Shown here: piece after piece, positions 37,087 to 49,451 of the stretch
Position numbering within the stretch: position 1 is the first letter of the stretch
How the letters are laid out: each line of letters opens with the position of its first letter
DNA from: Bilabrum cf. latius
Lineage: Eukaryota
Reading direction: 5' to 3'
DNA length: 64,000 nt
NCBI GenBank assembly: GCA_965178125.1
Contig: OZ237759.1
Location: 372,001 to 436,000 of the forward strand
Program-made: the position numbers and the translations under genes
Notes under the pieces: model-generated
Seen by the model: the letters and a program-made list of their open reading frames with translations, nothing else
Database searches by the model: none
What the model was told of the DNA's origin: nothing

Positions 37087-40000
37087 TCAGGAGCGAACCG
37101 ATTCCCTAGTGCCGGCGTACCGCACCTCGAAATCGTCGATCCAGACCAGACCGCAGCCAAAGATGCGGAATTCCAGATCGCCGGCATTAGCCTCTGTGAA
37201 AGAGAGGCCCGTGGCGTTCAGCTGCACCCACGTGAACGGAGGAATGTCCCTGTTCTAGGGCAGCTCCAGCCAGGTCGCGTTGCCCGAGATGAGCCGCATT
37301 CCCACCGGCTCAAACCGGAAGTGGAACCCGCCCTTGGGCGCCAGCGAAGTCTCCATGGGCAGCAGGCCCCTCATGACCCACATGCTGACGTCATAAAGCG
37401 TGGTGGGATCGGACCACTTCGGAAAGGTGTACAGGTTCAGGCCCAGCCTCTCACCCTCCGCGCTGGCCCCAGGTCCCGGGCCTGTGATCCGCATCGAGTG
37501 GAAGCCAGAGTGCGCCATCCTCCCATCCGTGATCATGGCCGTCTTTACGTACGGAAAGTTTCCCGAGTTGGGGTGCATGGGGTACAGCAGCCCCGTGTAG
37601 TAGATGGGATACCCCGCCTCCGACCAGAACTCGAAGGAGGGGTTGGCCGTGATGCTGGTCCCGAGGGGGGGCTCGTCGGACCACCCCGCGGGCCGCAGGG
37701 GGGCGTCCTGGGGAATAGACTCGGAATCGGAACCCCAAGCGAGTCCTTCACTCATGGCCTCGACCTCCTCGTCCTCGAAACGGCGCAGCTGCATCCCTCC
37801 ACCACTGCCCCCGCCCCCGCCCCCGCCGCGCACTAGAGACCGAACCCCGGCAGTGTCCAGGCTATGCGACCCCAGCTCCCCGACGTCGCGCCCCTGCCGC
37901 TGAAGAGACCCTGCAAGGAGGGAAGGCTGGGGAGTGGTCCCGTTGGGCCCCGCGTTGGCCCTGGAGCAGTTGAACCTGTAGGCCCGTATGCCGATCCCGT
38001 TGATGGCCTCGCTGAGGTTGCCCCCGCTGGTGCTGCTGACCTGGAGCAGTCTGCGCTCCAGGGGCACCGTCACATTGACCACGTCATCTGGTCCGAGGGT
38101 GGACTAGATCTACGCCAGACGGTCCGAGTGCAGAGTGAAGGTCGCTGGAGCCCTCTCGGTGTTGATGACCCGCACCAGCACGCACCCGCTCGAGTCCTGG
38201 CTCTCACGCGCGACCACCACGGCCGGCTCCACGCCCCCCGGGGGGACGACCCTGGAGCCCTCGATCGCCAGCTCCAGGTCGTTGTTGATGGCAGACTTGT
38301 CCACGTCGAAGGGCTGCCTGCTCAGCTCGACCCCCTGCAGGGCTGCCCTCCTGATCGCCCCTTCCACCGAGCCCGACTGGGCAGGGATCCGCCCCCACCA
38401 GGCGAAAGGCATCACCCCCGACGCGCCGAACATGAAACTAGCGAGAACCTGAAGGTGGGAGGCCTCTGCCACCGTGCCCGGCACCGTGTAGTAGGACCAC
38501 TGGAACCCTTGGGCAGACACCCAAGTGGGTGTATACGACATGGGCCAGCCCACTCTCTGGATGAGCGTCCTGACGATCGAGCCGATGTCGCCCCCGAGGT
38601 TGTAGCTCTCGTAAGCAGGCAGATCGAAGGCGACGCCGTCGAAGCCCTCGTCGTACGGGGCGTAGAATCGCCAGGCCGTACCCGCGTTGGCCACGGTGGA
38701 CAAAGTGGGGTGGTGCGGATCTTTCTCCTTGACGTACTGGTACACTGCGTGCGTGTGCACCGGATCCAGGTTGGTGGTGTCGTCGCTGATGTACCAGAAA
38801 GCCAGCGCGGGATGGTCCTTGAGCGTGCTGATGGTGCGGTTCATCATCGCCCAATCGGCAGTCAGGTTGCTGCTGCTGCTCGACGCCCGCAGCCGGCGGC
38901 GGGCAACCCCCTCGTATGCGGAACCGGCGCCGCGCATGCTGTCCCCGAGCGGGGGTCCTAGGAGCTCGTCGTCCTGCTGGGGCAGCGGCTCGTCGTCATC
39001 CGCCCCGTAGTCCGGCTCAAACAGGGGCAGCGAGATGGTGGCCATGTCGATCGCCACCCTGAGGCCAGACGCGTAGGCCGCGTCAAGCGTGAAGACCGCC
39101 TCGCTGAGGTACTGCCCGTGCCTGGCCCAGTAGGCCGAGCCCCCCCCGGGGCTGAGATAGGGCATGACCACCTCGACTCCTCGCTGGGCCATGCGCCGGT
39201 AGAGACGGCTCTCGTACGGCCGCAGCAGGGTGGTGTTGTGCCCCGAGGTGATGTACGCCTGACCCACTCGCTGCATCCTCCAGTCGGGGCCCATGGCGTA
39301 CATCTTCGTGTACCTGTCCATGCGCACCTAGTTCGGCGTGTGCGTGTACCGGAGCAAGCGCACCGGCCGATCCACGTGCGTCGGGGCGCCATCACCTCTG
39401 CACGCACTGGGCACAAGCACCCGCACGGTGAGCGTGTCGTTGAAGGGCGGCTGGAACAGGTCCGGGTTGGCCTGGGGACTCAGGCTGAACAGGACCAGGT
39501 GGATCGTCTCGTTATCGGCCGCTGCCCCTTCGATCTGGCCCAGCACCGTGTCGCCGTGCATGACCTGGATGGTCACCGCTGGGTCTTGCTGGCCTCGCGG
39601 ATCGCTGGCGCAAAGAGCGCGCCGGCGGGGCGGGGGCGATTTGGCCGTGCAGGAGGCAGGGAACCCGGCAGGGCATGCCATGGACTCTAGCTGGCTGGCG
39701 AATCCGATGACGGAATTTGAGCTAGCTTTTCCGGATCTGCCGTTGTCGCTTCTCGCGTCTGGCAGCGACTCGATCAGGTTCGAAACGCGCACGATCGCGT
39801 CGGCAGAATCCTCCAGCTCCGTGTAGAGGCCGAGGCGGATCTGGGCATCAACTAACTGGACAAACGTAAACATAACTTGAGATTGGGACCAGTTCCCGGA
39901 CGTGATGTTGTTTGAAACCTCGACAACCAACGGACCCTCCACTGGCATGGGGGGAAAACTCTTGCATACTATGTGGTTTGGCGACATGTAGGTCGCTGGA

Positions 40001-40209
40001 ACTACGTACGGAATCATTCCGTTCCGGATGTGTTCGCCTCTGATCCGACAGCCGGGCTCTTCATTGACAAAGCCGATCCCGGTCGCAGTGACGTCGTAGC
40101 CTCCCCGTACAGACCCCCTGGTTGGCGACAGCTCCGTGACATTCACGGCTGCAGCTGAATGCAAGAAGTACATAGCTACTGGCATCACCGCTTTAAGAAG
40201 TCCCGACAT
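37087..40209 (-). CDS. Secreted IPT/TIG + glycoside-hydrolase-like barrel + CBM-like protein (paralog A)
   Basis: Signal peptide; IPT-like LSPTRGSVRGGYDVTATG; KDHPALAFWYISDD; C-terminal ANPSFE...VWIDDF. TAGs at 39328, 38110, 38104, 37255; TGA at 37087. Confidence 0.75.
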
Positions 40210-40321
40210 TTTGCAGCAAGTTGTTGGATCGAGACCAACCATTTGGTTTAACGAGGTTCCGCAACATTTCGCGGCGCCGACGATCTTCGCAAGTCGTGTT
40301 TTCATCATACAATTATCGATC

Positions 40322-43300
40322 ATGAGGTTGACTATTGCCGTGATCGTTCCTACTTTTGTTTTGGCTAGTACGTATAGCTCAAAATCCCAGATGAATCTGC
40401 AATAGGGCGCCCCTGAGGTGTCCAGTCTTTCGCCGGCAGTCGGCTCGGTCCGCGGTGGTTTCAATGTTACAGTGGAGGGCTCAGGTTTTCAGAATGTGCA
40501 GCCTGGATGCCGTATCGATGGTAAAGGTGGTTTAATTTATGGCTTTCATGATAAGGTGTTTCCAGCAACCTTCGTATCGAGCACAAAGGTGATCTGCTCG
40601 GCTGCGCCTGCTCTGTCAGTCGAAGGCGAAGTCCATCTTGAGGTTTCGAACGATATAGGTGCTACAGCTCCCGTGTGGTCATCTTCGAAGCGTATCTTTA
40701 ATTTCGTTCAGCTAGTGGACGCATCCATCCGCCTGTCTCTCTACACGGAACTAGAGAGTGAAGCAAGTGCAGTCGTGAAAGTATCGAGGTCTATCAGCTC
40801 CGTACCAGATACGATTGCGAGCGCGTCGAGCTCAAATTCCGTCATCGGATTCGCCAACCAGCGAGAGTCCATGGCATGCCCTGCCGGGTTCCCTGCCTCC
40901 TGCACGGCCAAATCGCCCCCGCCCCCGCCCCGCCGGCGCGCTCTGTGCGCCAGCGATCCGCGAGGCCAGCAAGACCCAGCGGTGACCATCCAGGTCATGC
41001 ACGGCGACACGGTGCTGGGCCAGATCGAAGGGGCGGTAGCAGATAGCGAGACGATCCACCTGGTCCCGTTTAGCCTGAGTCCCCAGGCCAACCCGGACCT
41101 GTTCCAGCCGCCCTTCAACGACACCCTCACCGTGCGGGTGCTAGTGCTCAGTGCGTGCGGAGGTGATGGCGCCCCGACGCACGTGGATCGGCCGGTGCGC
41201 TTGCTCCGGTACACGCACAAGCCGACCCAGACTCGGATGGACAGGTACACGAAGATGTACGCCATGGGTCCCGACTGGAGGATGCAGCGCGTGGGTCACG
41301 CCTACATCACCTCGGGGCATAACCGCTCTGACCTGCGGCCGTATCAGACCCAGACATACCGCATGATGTCTCAGATGGGGGTCGAGATAGTCATGAGCTA
41401 CCTCGACGTGGAGGAGCCCACCGGCTGGGGCCCAGAGGGGCCAACGTCCGCAGGGTGGTACTTCAACGAGGTTGCGTTCCACCTCGACGCGGCCTACGCG
41501 GCGGGTGTCAAGGCAGCCATCGATTTCAGCAGCCTGATTTTGAATGTCTACACCCCAGGACGCACGGCTGACGATGACCTGCCCTTGCCTCAGCAGGACG
41601 ACGACCTGCTGAGCCCGGGGACGGGGGGGGCGGGCCGGCTGCTGCGTGGTGCTTCGGATGAAATCATTGGCGGCGTGCAGGGAGCCAACACGACGTATTT
41701 CTGGGCCATGTACGAGCGAATCGTCACTACGTTCAAGGACCACCCCGGGCTGGGCATGTGGTACATCAGCGACGACACGGTGCTAAACAACCCCGCCTAG
41801 CAGCACAGGGCCTACGCGCTGATCAGGGGGCTGGACCCGCACCATGCTGTCCTGAGCTCCGTGGCTGGCTCTGGAAACGCGTGGGAGTATCAGACAGATG
41901 CAGACGAGGGGTTCGATGGGGTTGGCTTTGACATTCCTGCCTACGAGATGTACACACTTGACGGTGACGTGGCCATACAGCGGTACACGGTTCCAGCCAA
42001 CGGCTGGCCCATGACCCACACCCCGGGATGGATCTGCACCCAGGGGTACCTGCACGCGGCACACTTCACGCACAGGGAGGTCATAGGGGAGGCGGCCACG
42101 CTGCAGAGCTTCATGTCGTACATGTACGGGTCACAGGGGTTGCTGGTGTACGCCATGTGGGGCAGAACAAAGGTGCAGAGCGCACCAGTGGTGGAGGCCA
42201 TCCGACGGACCTCCCTGCAGGGGGTCGAGCTGAGCAGGCAGCCGTTTGACGTGGACAAAGCGGCGAACAACAACGACCTGGAGCTGGCGATCGAGGGCTC
42301 CAGGGTCGTCCCCCCGGGGGGCGTGGAGCCGGCCGTGGTGCTTGCGCGTGAAAGCCAGGACTCGAGCGGGTGCGTGCTGGTGCGGGTCATCAACACTGAG
42401 AGGGCTCCGGCGACCTTCACGCTGCACTCGGACCGTCTGGCGTAGATCCAGTCCACCCTTGGACCAGATGTCGTGGTCAATGTGACGGTCCCACTGGAGA
42501 TGCGCCTGCTAAAAGTGAACAGCACAACCGGAGGCAACGTCAGCGAGGCCATCAACGGGCTGGGGGTCAGGGCCTACAGGTTCAACTGCTCCTGGGTCGC
42601 GGCGGGACCCAACGGAACTATCTTCGGGTACGGGTCGGAGCCAGCACCCCCCGCGGAGTAGTCGCCCGCAGCAGCCGGTTCGCTCGACCTGACTCAGGTT
42701 GAGCTCAGCAGCAGCGCTGGGTAGATCCAGGCACTGAGCCCCGAGTAGCGGGCCAGAGCGGCCCCCTCCTTCACCATACAGGACATGCGGAGGGAAGAAG
42801 ATCGGATCAACGAGGTTGCGACCGGTGTGGGTGTCGATTCGGTTGCAACCGGCGACTCGCCGCACGACCTTTCGGCCCCGCCCCCCCCCGGCTTCAACCT
42901 GAACGCCAACCCGAGCATGGAGCTGTGGACGGAGGCGGGCTTTCCCCTCCTGTACTCCGGGAAACTGTTCCCTGCCAATACCAATAACGGCCCGCAGCCC
43001 GTGGCTATCTCATCGATGGTCACCGACGCCAGGGCGGCCCACACAGGGGTACGTTCCATCAGGCTGGCTGGGCCCGGGCCAATGCGGGGTGCGAGGGGCG
43101 AGCGGATTCTCCCGAGCCTGAAGGGCTTCACGAACTCCACGGACCCTAGCGCGCTGTATAACGTGAGCGTGTGGGTGATGCGGGGTGCCCTGCCACTCGA
43201 GCACTCCCTTGCGGGGCCCGGCGGATTCCACTTCCAATTCGAACCTGTCGGGCTGCGGGTCGAGGCGAACAGCGTACCGTGGGTGGTGCTGCCGCAGACC

Positions 43301-43465
43301 AGGGAGGCTGCGCCTGCGTTTCAGTGGGTGCAGCTGAAGGCAGATGGAGTGTCGTTCGGTCCTGACTTTCCAGGGGCTCCGGGCGTGGAGATGTGGATCT
43401 CAGGGGCGGGCAGGCTTTGGGTCGATGATTTCGACATCGTCTTTGCTGGGTTCCAGGGCGATTGA
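40322..43465 (+). CDS. Secreted IPT/TIG + glycoside-hydrolase-like + CBM-like protein (paralog B)
   Basis: Collinear with paralog A (KDHPGLGMWYISDD, LWVDDF). TAGs at 40403, 41798, 42443, 42659, 42722, 42746; ends TGA. Confidence 0.78.
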
Positions 43466-43772
43466 GTGGGATTTTTTACGGACGATGCTTTGCTTGCCAC
43501 TTATACTAGTATGTGATGCTTTTAGGGCTATTAGCTGCGCTTGAGCTCGAATCAGAGGCATCGCGGTCCCCATCCGATCGGCACACCTGCAGCACCCCGA
43601 GCAACTGCACTTGGGAAACCGATGACCAGCCGAAGCATGCCCAGTCACGGTAGGAAAGCCATAGCAGAAGCACAATGAATGACGGCTCGATACAAGCGAA
43701 GCAAGCAAGATTTTGCCATCAAGGGCCGGCCCCCAGCAGCCACTGGCAATGCAACTGCAAGGCCAAGTCGAT

Positions 43773-46325
43773 TCACTTCCGTGTGCCGGCATACAGCGCC
43801 ACTGCACCCTGGCCGCCGTCCCTGGGCACATAGCCAGCATCAGGGCTGTCGTGAACCAGGGTCACGTTGCCGGATTTCGTCCCCTGCGTGACCATGTTCA
43901 TGATTCCCACGCTCTCGGGCTTGTGAAACTCGCTAATCACCTGGAAGCTCGCGCTCAGGCTGGACGTCTCATCGGCGTAGAACGCGGGGTCCGTGATGGG
44001 AGTGCCCGAAGTGTCGTACGCAAACACGCCCAATATTTCCGTCTTGCCTCCGTCCACGGTGTGCACCAGCCCGCCCTCTCCCCTCTCCGTCTTGAGGCCG
44101 AGCACCCAAAGGTTGCCTCCGCTGTTGAGCACGTCCAGCCGGGTGTTCTCGGTGTTGAGCTGCCTGGCCCAGACGTTCTGATTGTGGAAGTAGAAGGGTC
44201 CACCCACCACGTCGTCCAGATACACAGCACCCGGGGTCCAGTCTGGCAGGGTCCCATTGTTGTACCCTCCGGTGAGGATGCTCATGTTCCATTCCGGGTG
44301 CCACGCACTGTCCGTCGCCAGTCCGCTGTAGTCGCGGAATGCCACAGCGCGCTTGGACCGATGCCAGTAGTTGAGCGGGCTGTGGCTGCCACCGAGAGGA
44401 GACGTCAGCCTGTCAAAGATCACGGGCGGGTCGTTTTCATCGCCCTCATCGATGCAGATAGAGCCGTTTCCCATGAGAGCCCCGCCGTACCCGCCCATGA
44501 AGCCCACGACTCGCCGGACCGTCTTCGGGATGCGCACGTCTTGAAGCAGCCAGTACACGGGCGCACCGATGCCCTTCCCCCGTGGGGGGTCTCCCGGCTG
44601 GGGCCAGTACACCGTGGTGGCCCCGCTGTCCAGAGCCTCCTGGAACGAGGCCGAGCAGTCGTACAGCGAGCCAGACTTGTAGGCCGGGTGCTCGTACGAT
44701 GCGTTGCACCCTTTGGCCGCGTTGGCCCACTTGGACTCGTCGGGCTCCTCAAAGGTAGGGGTCTCCTCCACCGGCAGCCCCATGGACGTGTTCCCCCGGG
44801 CATCCGGAATCAAAACAACCGCAGGCACGGATGCGAACTCGTCGATGTGGTCCGTGTCCCTGACGAGTGCAGTCGTCGTGTAGTTCCCTGGGAGGCCCGT
44901 CACGTTGGCCACCCCGGTAGAATAGCCGGTCAAGCTGATGTTGCGGGCGAACAGCACCGTCTGCACGTTTTCGGGGTCCACGGTGTTGTTCCTGAAGCAG
45001 GGCTCGAAGTCCTTGCTGAGGATGCTCATGGCCATGGCTCCACCGCACGTCTCTTTCTTGTCCCCGTCGCACGGCGTATCGCACTTGTCGGACGGTGCGT
45101 CCGTCGCGCCTGACGCGTTCCTCGCCGTATCAAAGTCGTGAAAACAGTGGCAGGCGCAACCCCCGCCGAGAGCCAGGTAATTGTACCCTTTGCCGCTGCA
45201 GCAGCCCATGCACTTCTCGATGGTCAGGCCGCTCCCGCTGGGGCAGTCGGCCATGCACTGAAACAGGCTGTTCGGGCTGGTCACCGACCAGCAACCGTAC
45301 GACTTCATCTGGCACGTGGGCAGCTGATAGAGTTCCCTCGACGCGGCGGAGGCGCGAGAGCCGGTGCCAGCATCGAGGAGCTTCGTACGCCCATCATCTA
45401 GCCTGTCCTCGCTCGGCCAGAACGAATCGTCCAGCGAGATGTTGGTGTTCAGCAGCATGGCAGGTGCATTGCACGATGCCGTTCCCGAGCACTCGAATTC
45501 CGAGTCAATGATGGTGACGGCGGAGTTCGCCAAGGGCACCGCGAACGCAGCCACGGATGGGTCCCCCTTCACCACGAGCCTCCTGAAGAAAGTCACCTGC
45601 TCATCGGCGAGCACGCCCACAAACTTGGGATTCTCGATCGTGACGCGCTCGTAGGCGAGGGAATCCACAGACTTGGAGATCGCCAGACCGATGTCGAAGC
45701 CGGTGATCGTGACATCAGTGGTGATCATGGGTCCGATTTGATCCGAGAACGACTGGTCCAGCCCGATGGCGGCGTTGCTGTCTTCGGATCGGATATTCAC
45801 GCGCCGGATCCACCCGACGTTGTTGGCGTTGAAGCGAAGGCCCACGGCACCCGGGTTCTTGGATCCAGTGGATACGGTAAGATCCTGGATTGCGTCGTGA
45901 AAGTTTTGCGCGGGCGAGCAGCCCAGCGAGATCACGGCAGCCCGGCTCGATTCGTTGGTCGGATTCTGCGCATCCGGGATGCTGTCCTGGAAACGAATGG
46001 TGGTTTTGTCCTGCCCTGCTCCCGCTAGAATCGTGAAATCCGTAAGACAATGTCCGCGCGTGTGCGTCTTGATTGGTTCGCTGGTCAGGTAGGTGCCTTC
46101 TGGAAAGTAGAAATAGCTAAGCGGCGTCGAGTGGTTGAAGAGTAGGGCGAATGCAGCAGCGTTGTCAGTCTTTCCGTCGCCTTTCAAACCCCAGTCTAGA
46201 ACATTTGTAACGTTCGAGTCTGCTGGTATCACTGGATTGTCCGTGGATGCGATTCCAGATGCGATTCCACTGCCGGAAGCTGCGAGCACAAGTGCGCATG
46301 TAGCAGCAAGTGTACCGGGGGTCAT
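43773..46325 (-). CDS. Secreted pectate_lyase_3/GH55-like beta-helix protein with an internal WSC domain
   Basis: Signal peptide; NVLDWGLKGDGKTDN, YFPEGTY, VWARQLNTE, LWVLGLKTE; WSC-like YGCW...CDTPCDGDKKETCGG. Uninterrupted 850-aa ORF. Confidence 0.82.
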   Translation of the reverse strand: MTPGTLAATCALVLAASGSGIASGIASTDNPVIPADSNVTNVLDWGLKGDGKTDNAAAFALLFNHSTPLSYFYFPEGTYLTSEPIKTHTRGHCLTDFTILAGAGQDKTTIRFQDSIPDAQNPTNESSRAAVISLGCSPAQNFHDAIQDLTVSTGSKNPGAVGLRFNANNVGWIRRVNIRSEDSNAAIGLDQSFSDQIGPMITTDVTITGFDIGLAISKSVDSLAYERVTIENPKFVGVLADEQVTFFRRLVVKGDPSVAAFAVPLANSAVTIIDSEFECSGTASCNAPAMLLNTNISLDDSFWPSEDRLDDGRTKLLDAGTGSRASAASRELYQLPTCQMKSYGCWSVTSPNSLFQCMADCPSGSGLTIEKCMGCCSGKGYNYLALGGGCACHCFHDFDTARNASGATDAPSDKCDTPCDGDKKETCGGAMAMSILSKDFEPCFRNNTVDPENVQTVLFARNISLTGYSTGVANVTGLPGNYTTTALVRDTDHIDEFASVPAVVLIPDARGNTSMGLPVEETPTFEEPDESKWANAAKGCNASYEHPAYKSGSLYDCSASFQEALDSGATTVYWPQPGDPPRGKGIGAPVYWLLQDVRIPKTVRRVVGFMGGYGGALMGNGSICIDEGDENDPPVIFDRLTSPLGGSHSPLNYWHRSKRAVAFRDYSGLATDSAWHPEWNMSILTGGYNNGTLPDWTPGAVYLDDVVGGPFYFHNQNVWARQLNTENTRLDVLNSGGNLWVLGLKTERGEGGLVHTVDGGKTEILGVFAYDTSGTPITDPAFYADETSSLSASFQVISEFHKPESVGIMNMVTQGTKSGNVTLVHDSPDAGYVPRDGGQGAVALYAGTRK

Positions 46326-46629
46326 CTCTAGGTGGCACGAGTATGAAGCGATTATTCAAGAAGACTCTCTCCTTCAAACCAAGTGAAACCTAGCGGAGAA
46401 GTGCAAGATATGTCGAAGCCGCCCTCGACGCGCAGTGCGGATTTACCCAGATGCTTGCAACTGCAACTACCCGGATTGCAACTGATTGGATGCGCACCAC
46501 GCACCAGCATGGCACCCTTCACAACTATTATCATATTATCGTATCGTGAGTTGCAGTGCGGGCAAGGCAAATGAGCAGTTCACTTGTCTAAGCACAGAAC
46601 CCGTGCAGGTCGCCAGGTCGCCTCCGTCT

Positions 46630-48017
46630 TCAGCCGAGCATCGCGATCGCGCTGGATTCCCTAGCCCTCTGGCTTGCCGCCGTGGTGGCCCTCCTCGCAT
46701 CCATCGAGGCAGCGCTCGCCTCTCGACCCCTGGCAGAAGACTCCGCCACCGCCTGCTGCCTGGTCAGGGAGCCCCCCGCCCCCAGCACGCCCCCCGTCGG
46801 AAGCACGCTCGACGCTCGCATGGAGGCCGCCAAGCCGGAAGCAGGAGCCGGCCGTGCCCCCGCCGCAAGCCTCTGCAAACCGGAAGTAGCCCCCCCCAAG
46901 TCCCTCCGGCGCACCACGTAGCCCCCCGCGCCGCCCATCCCCAAGCCTCGCAACCGGCCGCCTCCAACCCTGCCGACGTCGCCCGCGGCAACCGACGACA
47001 CCCCACCCGCACTCCTCACACGACACCACACCGGCTCATCCCCTTCGCCGTGGGTCCACGTGGTGGGATGTCCCCTGCTCCTGGCACTGGTCCTCGTCGT
47101 CGTTGCGCCCGACCGCGCGCTGGCCCTCGCGGTGGTCCCACCGATCGCCGCACCTGACGTCACCGGCCTCCTAGTTGTTCCCTGGGACCCACGGCCGCTG
47201 TAATGTCCCTAATGCTTGCTCTCCGACTCGCGCGCCACTCCCCCAGCCCTGCTCCCGGGCAGCTGCGGCAGTCTCGTTGTTGAAGAGGAAGACGTGGTGC
47301 GCGGCGGCTTGCGGAACCGCCACCCGCCACCGGGCAGTGTGAGCGCGGCGCCCAGCCCTTGCACTCTCTTGTTCAGCGGCAGCAAGTCGTGCGGAGCATG
47401 CCCCGTCCTGAGGATGGCTTCGGCGTCCGATGCTCGCCCGCGAGCAGCTGCTTCCTCCGCAGCCGAGCGCAAGTACGTGGCTCTGCCACGGTTGGCGTTC
47501 CGTTGCGCTGCACTGGGATCGCTGAACCACGCTCTTGTCTCTCTAGATAGCCATAGGTCTTTCGAAAGCGGGTCCATTGGATTGACGTCGTTGGACTTGT
47601 CGGATGGCCTGTGCATGCTCTCTGCCAGTCGGCCGCGGGCAACTGCGGCCCCAAACTGGACCTGGCGCCTTTTACTGCTATGATAGAGACGGTATTGCCT
47701 GTCTCGCTCAGTTTCTTTTGCTACCCTTTCTCTACACTTGGCCATCTTGTCTTGTAGTGCCAGGATCTGCGAGTTGCAGTTGGGCGAGCTCTGATTGCAA
47801 GATACGAATACACACGCTCAGTTCCAATAAACAACTAAGCTACCAAAATTCTACTCACTCGCTATTCATATCTTTTGTTTCTACGCATGTTCCTTGCGGC
47901 TTTCGGATCACTGGAATGCGAGACAGACCCTGGCATCATCCCGCGAGGTCTTGTACTGCCAAAAGCCAAGGGCTCCCACGCTTTGCCCGCATCTCGCTTT
48001 GACGAATTACTACTCAT
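46630..48017 (-). CDS. Hypothetical basic low-complexity protein
   Basis: Inferred exon 1 (MSSNSSKR...RYE*R), GT-AG intron about 47767-47858, then a frame through TAG at 47209 to TGA at 46630. Confidence 0.55.
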
Positions 48018-48229
48018 TAGTTTATAGAATAGAATGCAAGTCAGATTTGTGTCTATCTACTTATCAAATAGGCTTTTTGCGACCCATGATCTACATATCC
48101 GTTCGCAATCCATGTGACGAGAGCCGTCAGCCAACCGCACCACCACACCTACCGCGGAAGCGACCACCCGCATATGGCCACGACCAGGGATGACCACTAC
48201 GAATACCTCATGGATGAGGCTCCCTCATT

Positions 48230-49451
48230 TCACACTCGCTCGCCCGAGTGATATCCATCGGGGCCAGCAGCCTGAGTGCCCTCTGGCCCACTGGACCTGC
48301 TAGATCTAGATCTAGTACTACTGCTACTAGTCACCGCAGCAGCCCTCACCGCCAGGCCCTTCTCCGAATGCTCCCTCCTCAGCCTCGCGACCAGAAGCGC
48401 AGACAGCACCCCCGTGGTGAGCATCACCCGCAGGGGGGCATACCAAACAGGCAGGAGGGCCGATTCCACGAGGGCGAGGTCTCCCAGAAAGACGCCGAGG
48501 AAGCCCGCACCCAGGGCGTCGTAGGCGGTGGGTGCCACCACTCGGTTGGAAGGGGGCAAGGGCGGGGCCTGACACATCGTGGTCGTTGCATCAGCTGATG
48601 GATCGCCCCCGGCTGCGACCTTGCTCTACCCCGCTGTGCCTGCGCTGCCAGTGCCGCCGGCATCCTCCAGCACAGCGGCATCCTGTGGAAACCAGCGGTC
48701 GAGCACCTGCTTGGGGAGGAGCACCGGCCTCCGATACCACGACTAGCAGTCGGGCATGGGACCGGTGATATCATCAGGACGGATGCCTGTATCGCTTGTC
48801 GGATTGGGGCTCCACGTGGCGCCGCAGTCTGCAGAGGTCGTCGTGACAAACCACGCCAGGATAGCGGGCATCACGCTCGTGCCGTACACCAGAGCACCGC
48901 GACCGATGGGGAGTCTGGTCATGGCAGCACTCCAGTGGATCGCACTCATGAAGGAAAGGATCACCGCGCCATACTGTAGCATCCACCGAGCAGCCTGCGA
49001 ATTGGCAACAGAGACGAAGGCAAACGCAAGTCTGTGTGCTTCATGCGGAAAAAGCAGCGCGTTCTACGACCACTATCGCATGAAATGACCTCACATCTCG
49101 ATTACTATGCACTTGCAACGCATCAGATGTCGATAGACCCAAGCCGTCCCCAATCCTTCGCACAAGCTGGTTGTGCAAGCCTCGCAGCGTTTGGGTGATG
49201 CCTTTCTTCCCGTCTGAAGCCCCTTCGTCCGAATCGTGCAAAGCAGCAAAGTGTACAAAAGGGTATAGTCCACCTAGACCAAGCAGTATTGTTACCATGG
49301 GCGGACGAAGACGGGAAAAGCCAGTTGGCTCCGACATCCAGATGTTTCGTGCCACGGGGCTCGCATGCAAATCGCGTCGCACAATCCGTGACTTCTGAGT
49401 CTTTTTAAAATGGAACCATATTGTTCGCAGAGACTGCCTCGACGCTCGCAT
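48230..49451 (-). CDS. DUF3429/TMEM69-like membrane protein
   Basis: LGLGGLYPF, YGAVILSFMSAIHW and LLPVWYAPLRVMLT motifs; one intron; two TAGs; ends TGA. Confidence 0.8.

Noticed and set aside
2236-45113. Long antisense or alternate-frame ORFs (e.g. 2236-3894, 29963-30922, 37864-38961, 43713-45113)
   Set aside because: They are shadow ORFs of GC3-rich genes on the opposite strand and have no recognisable motifs.
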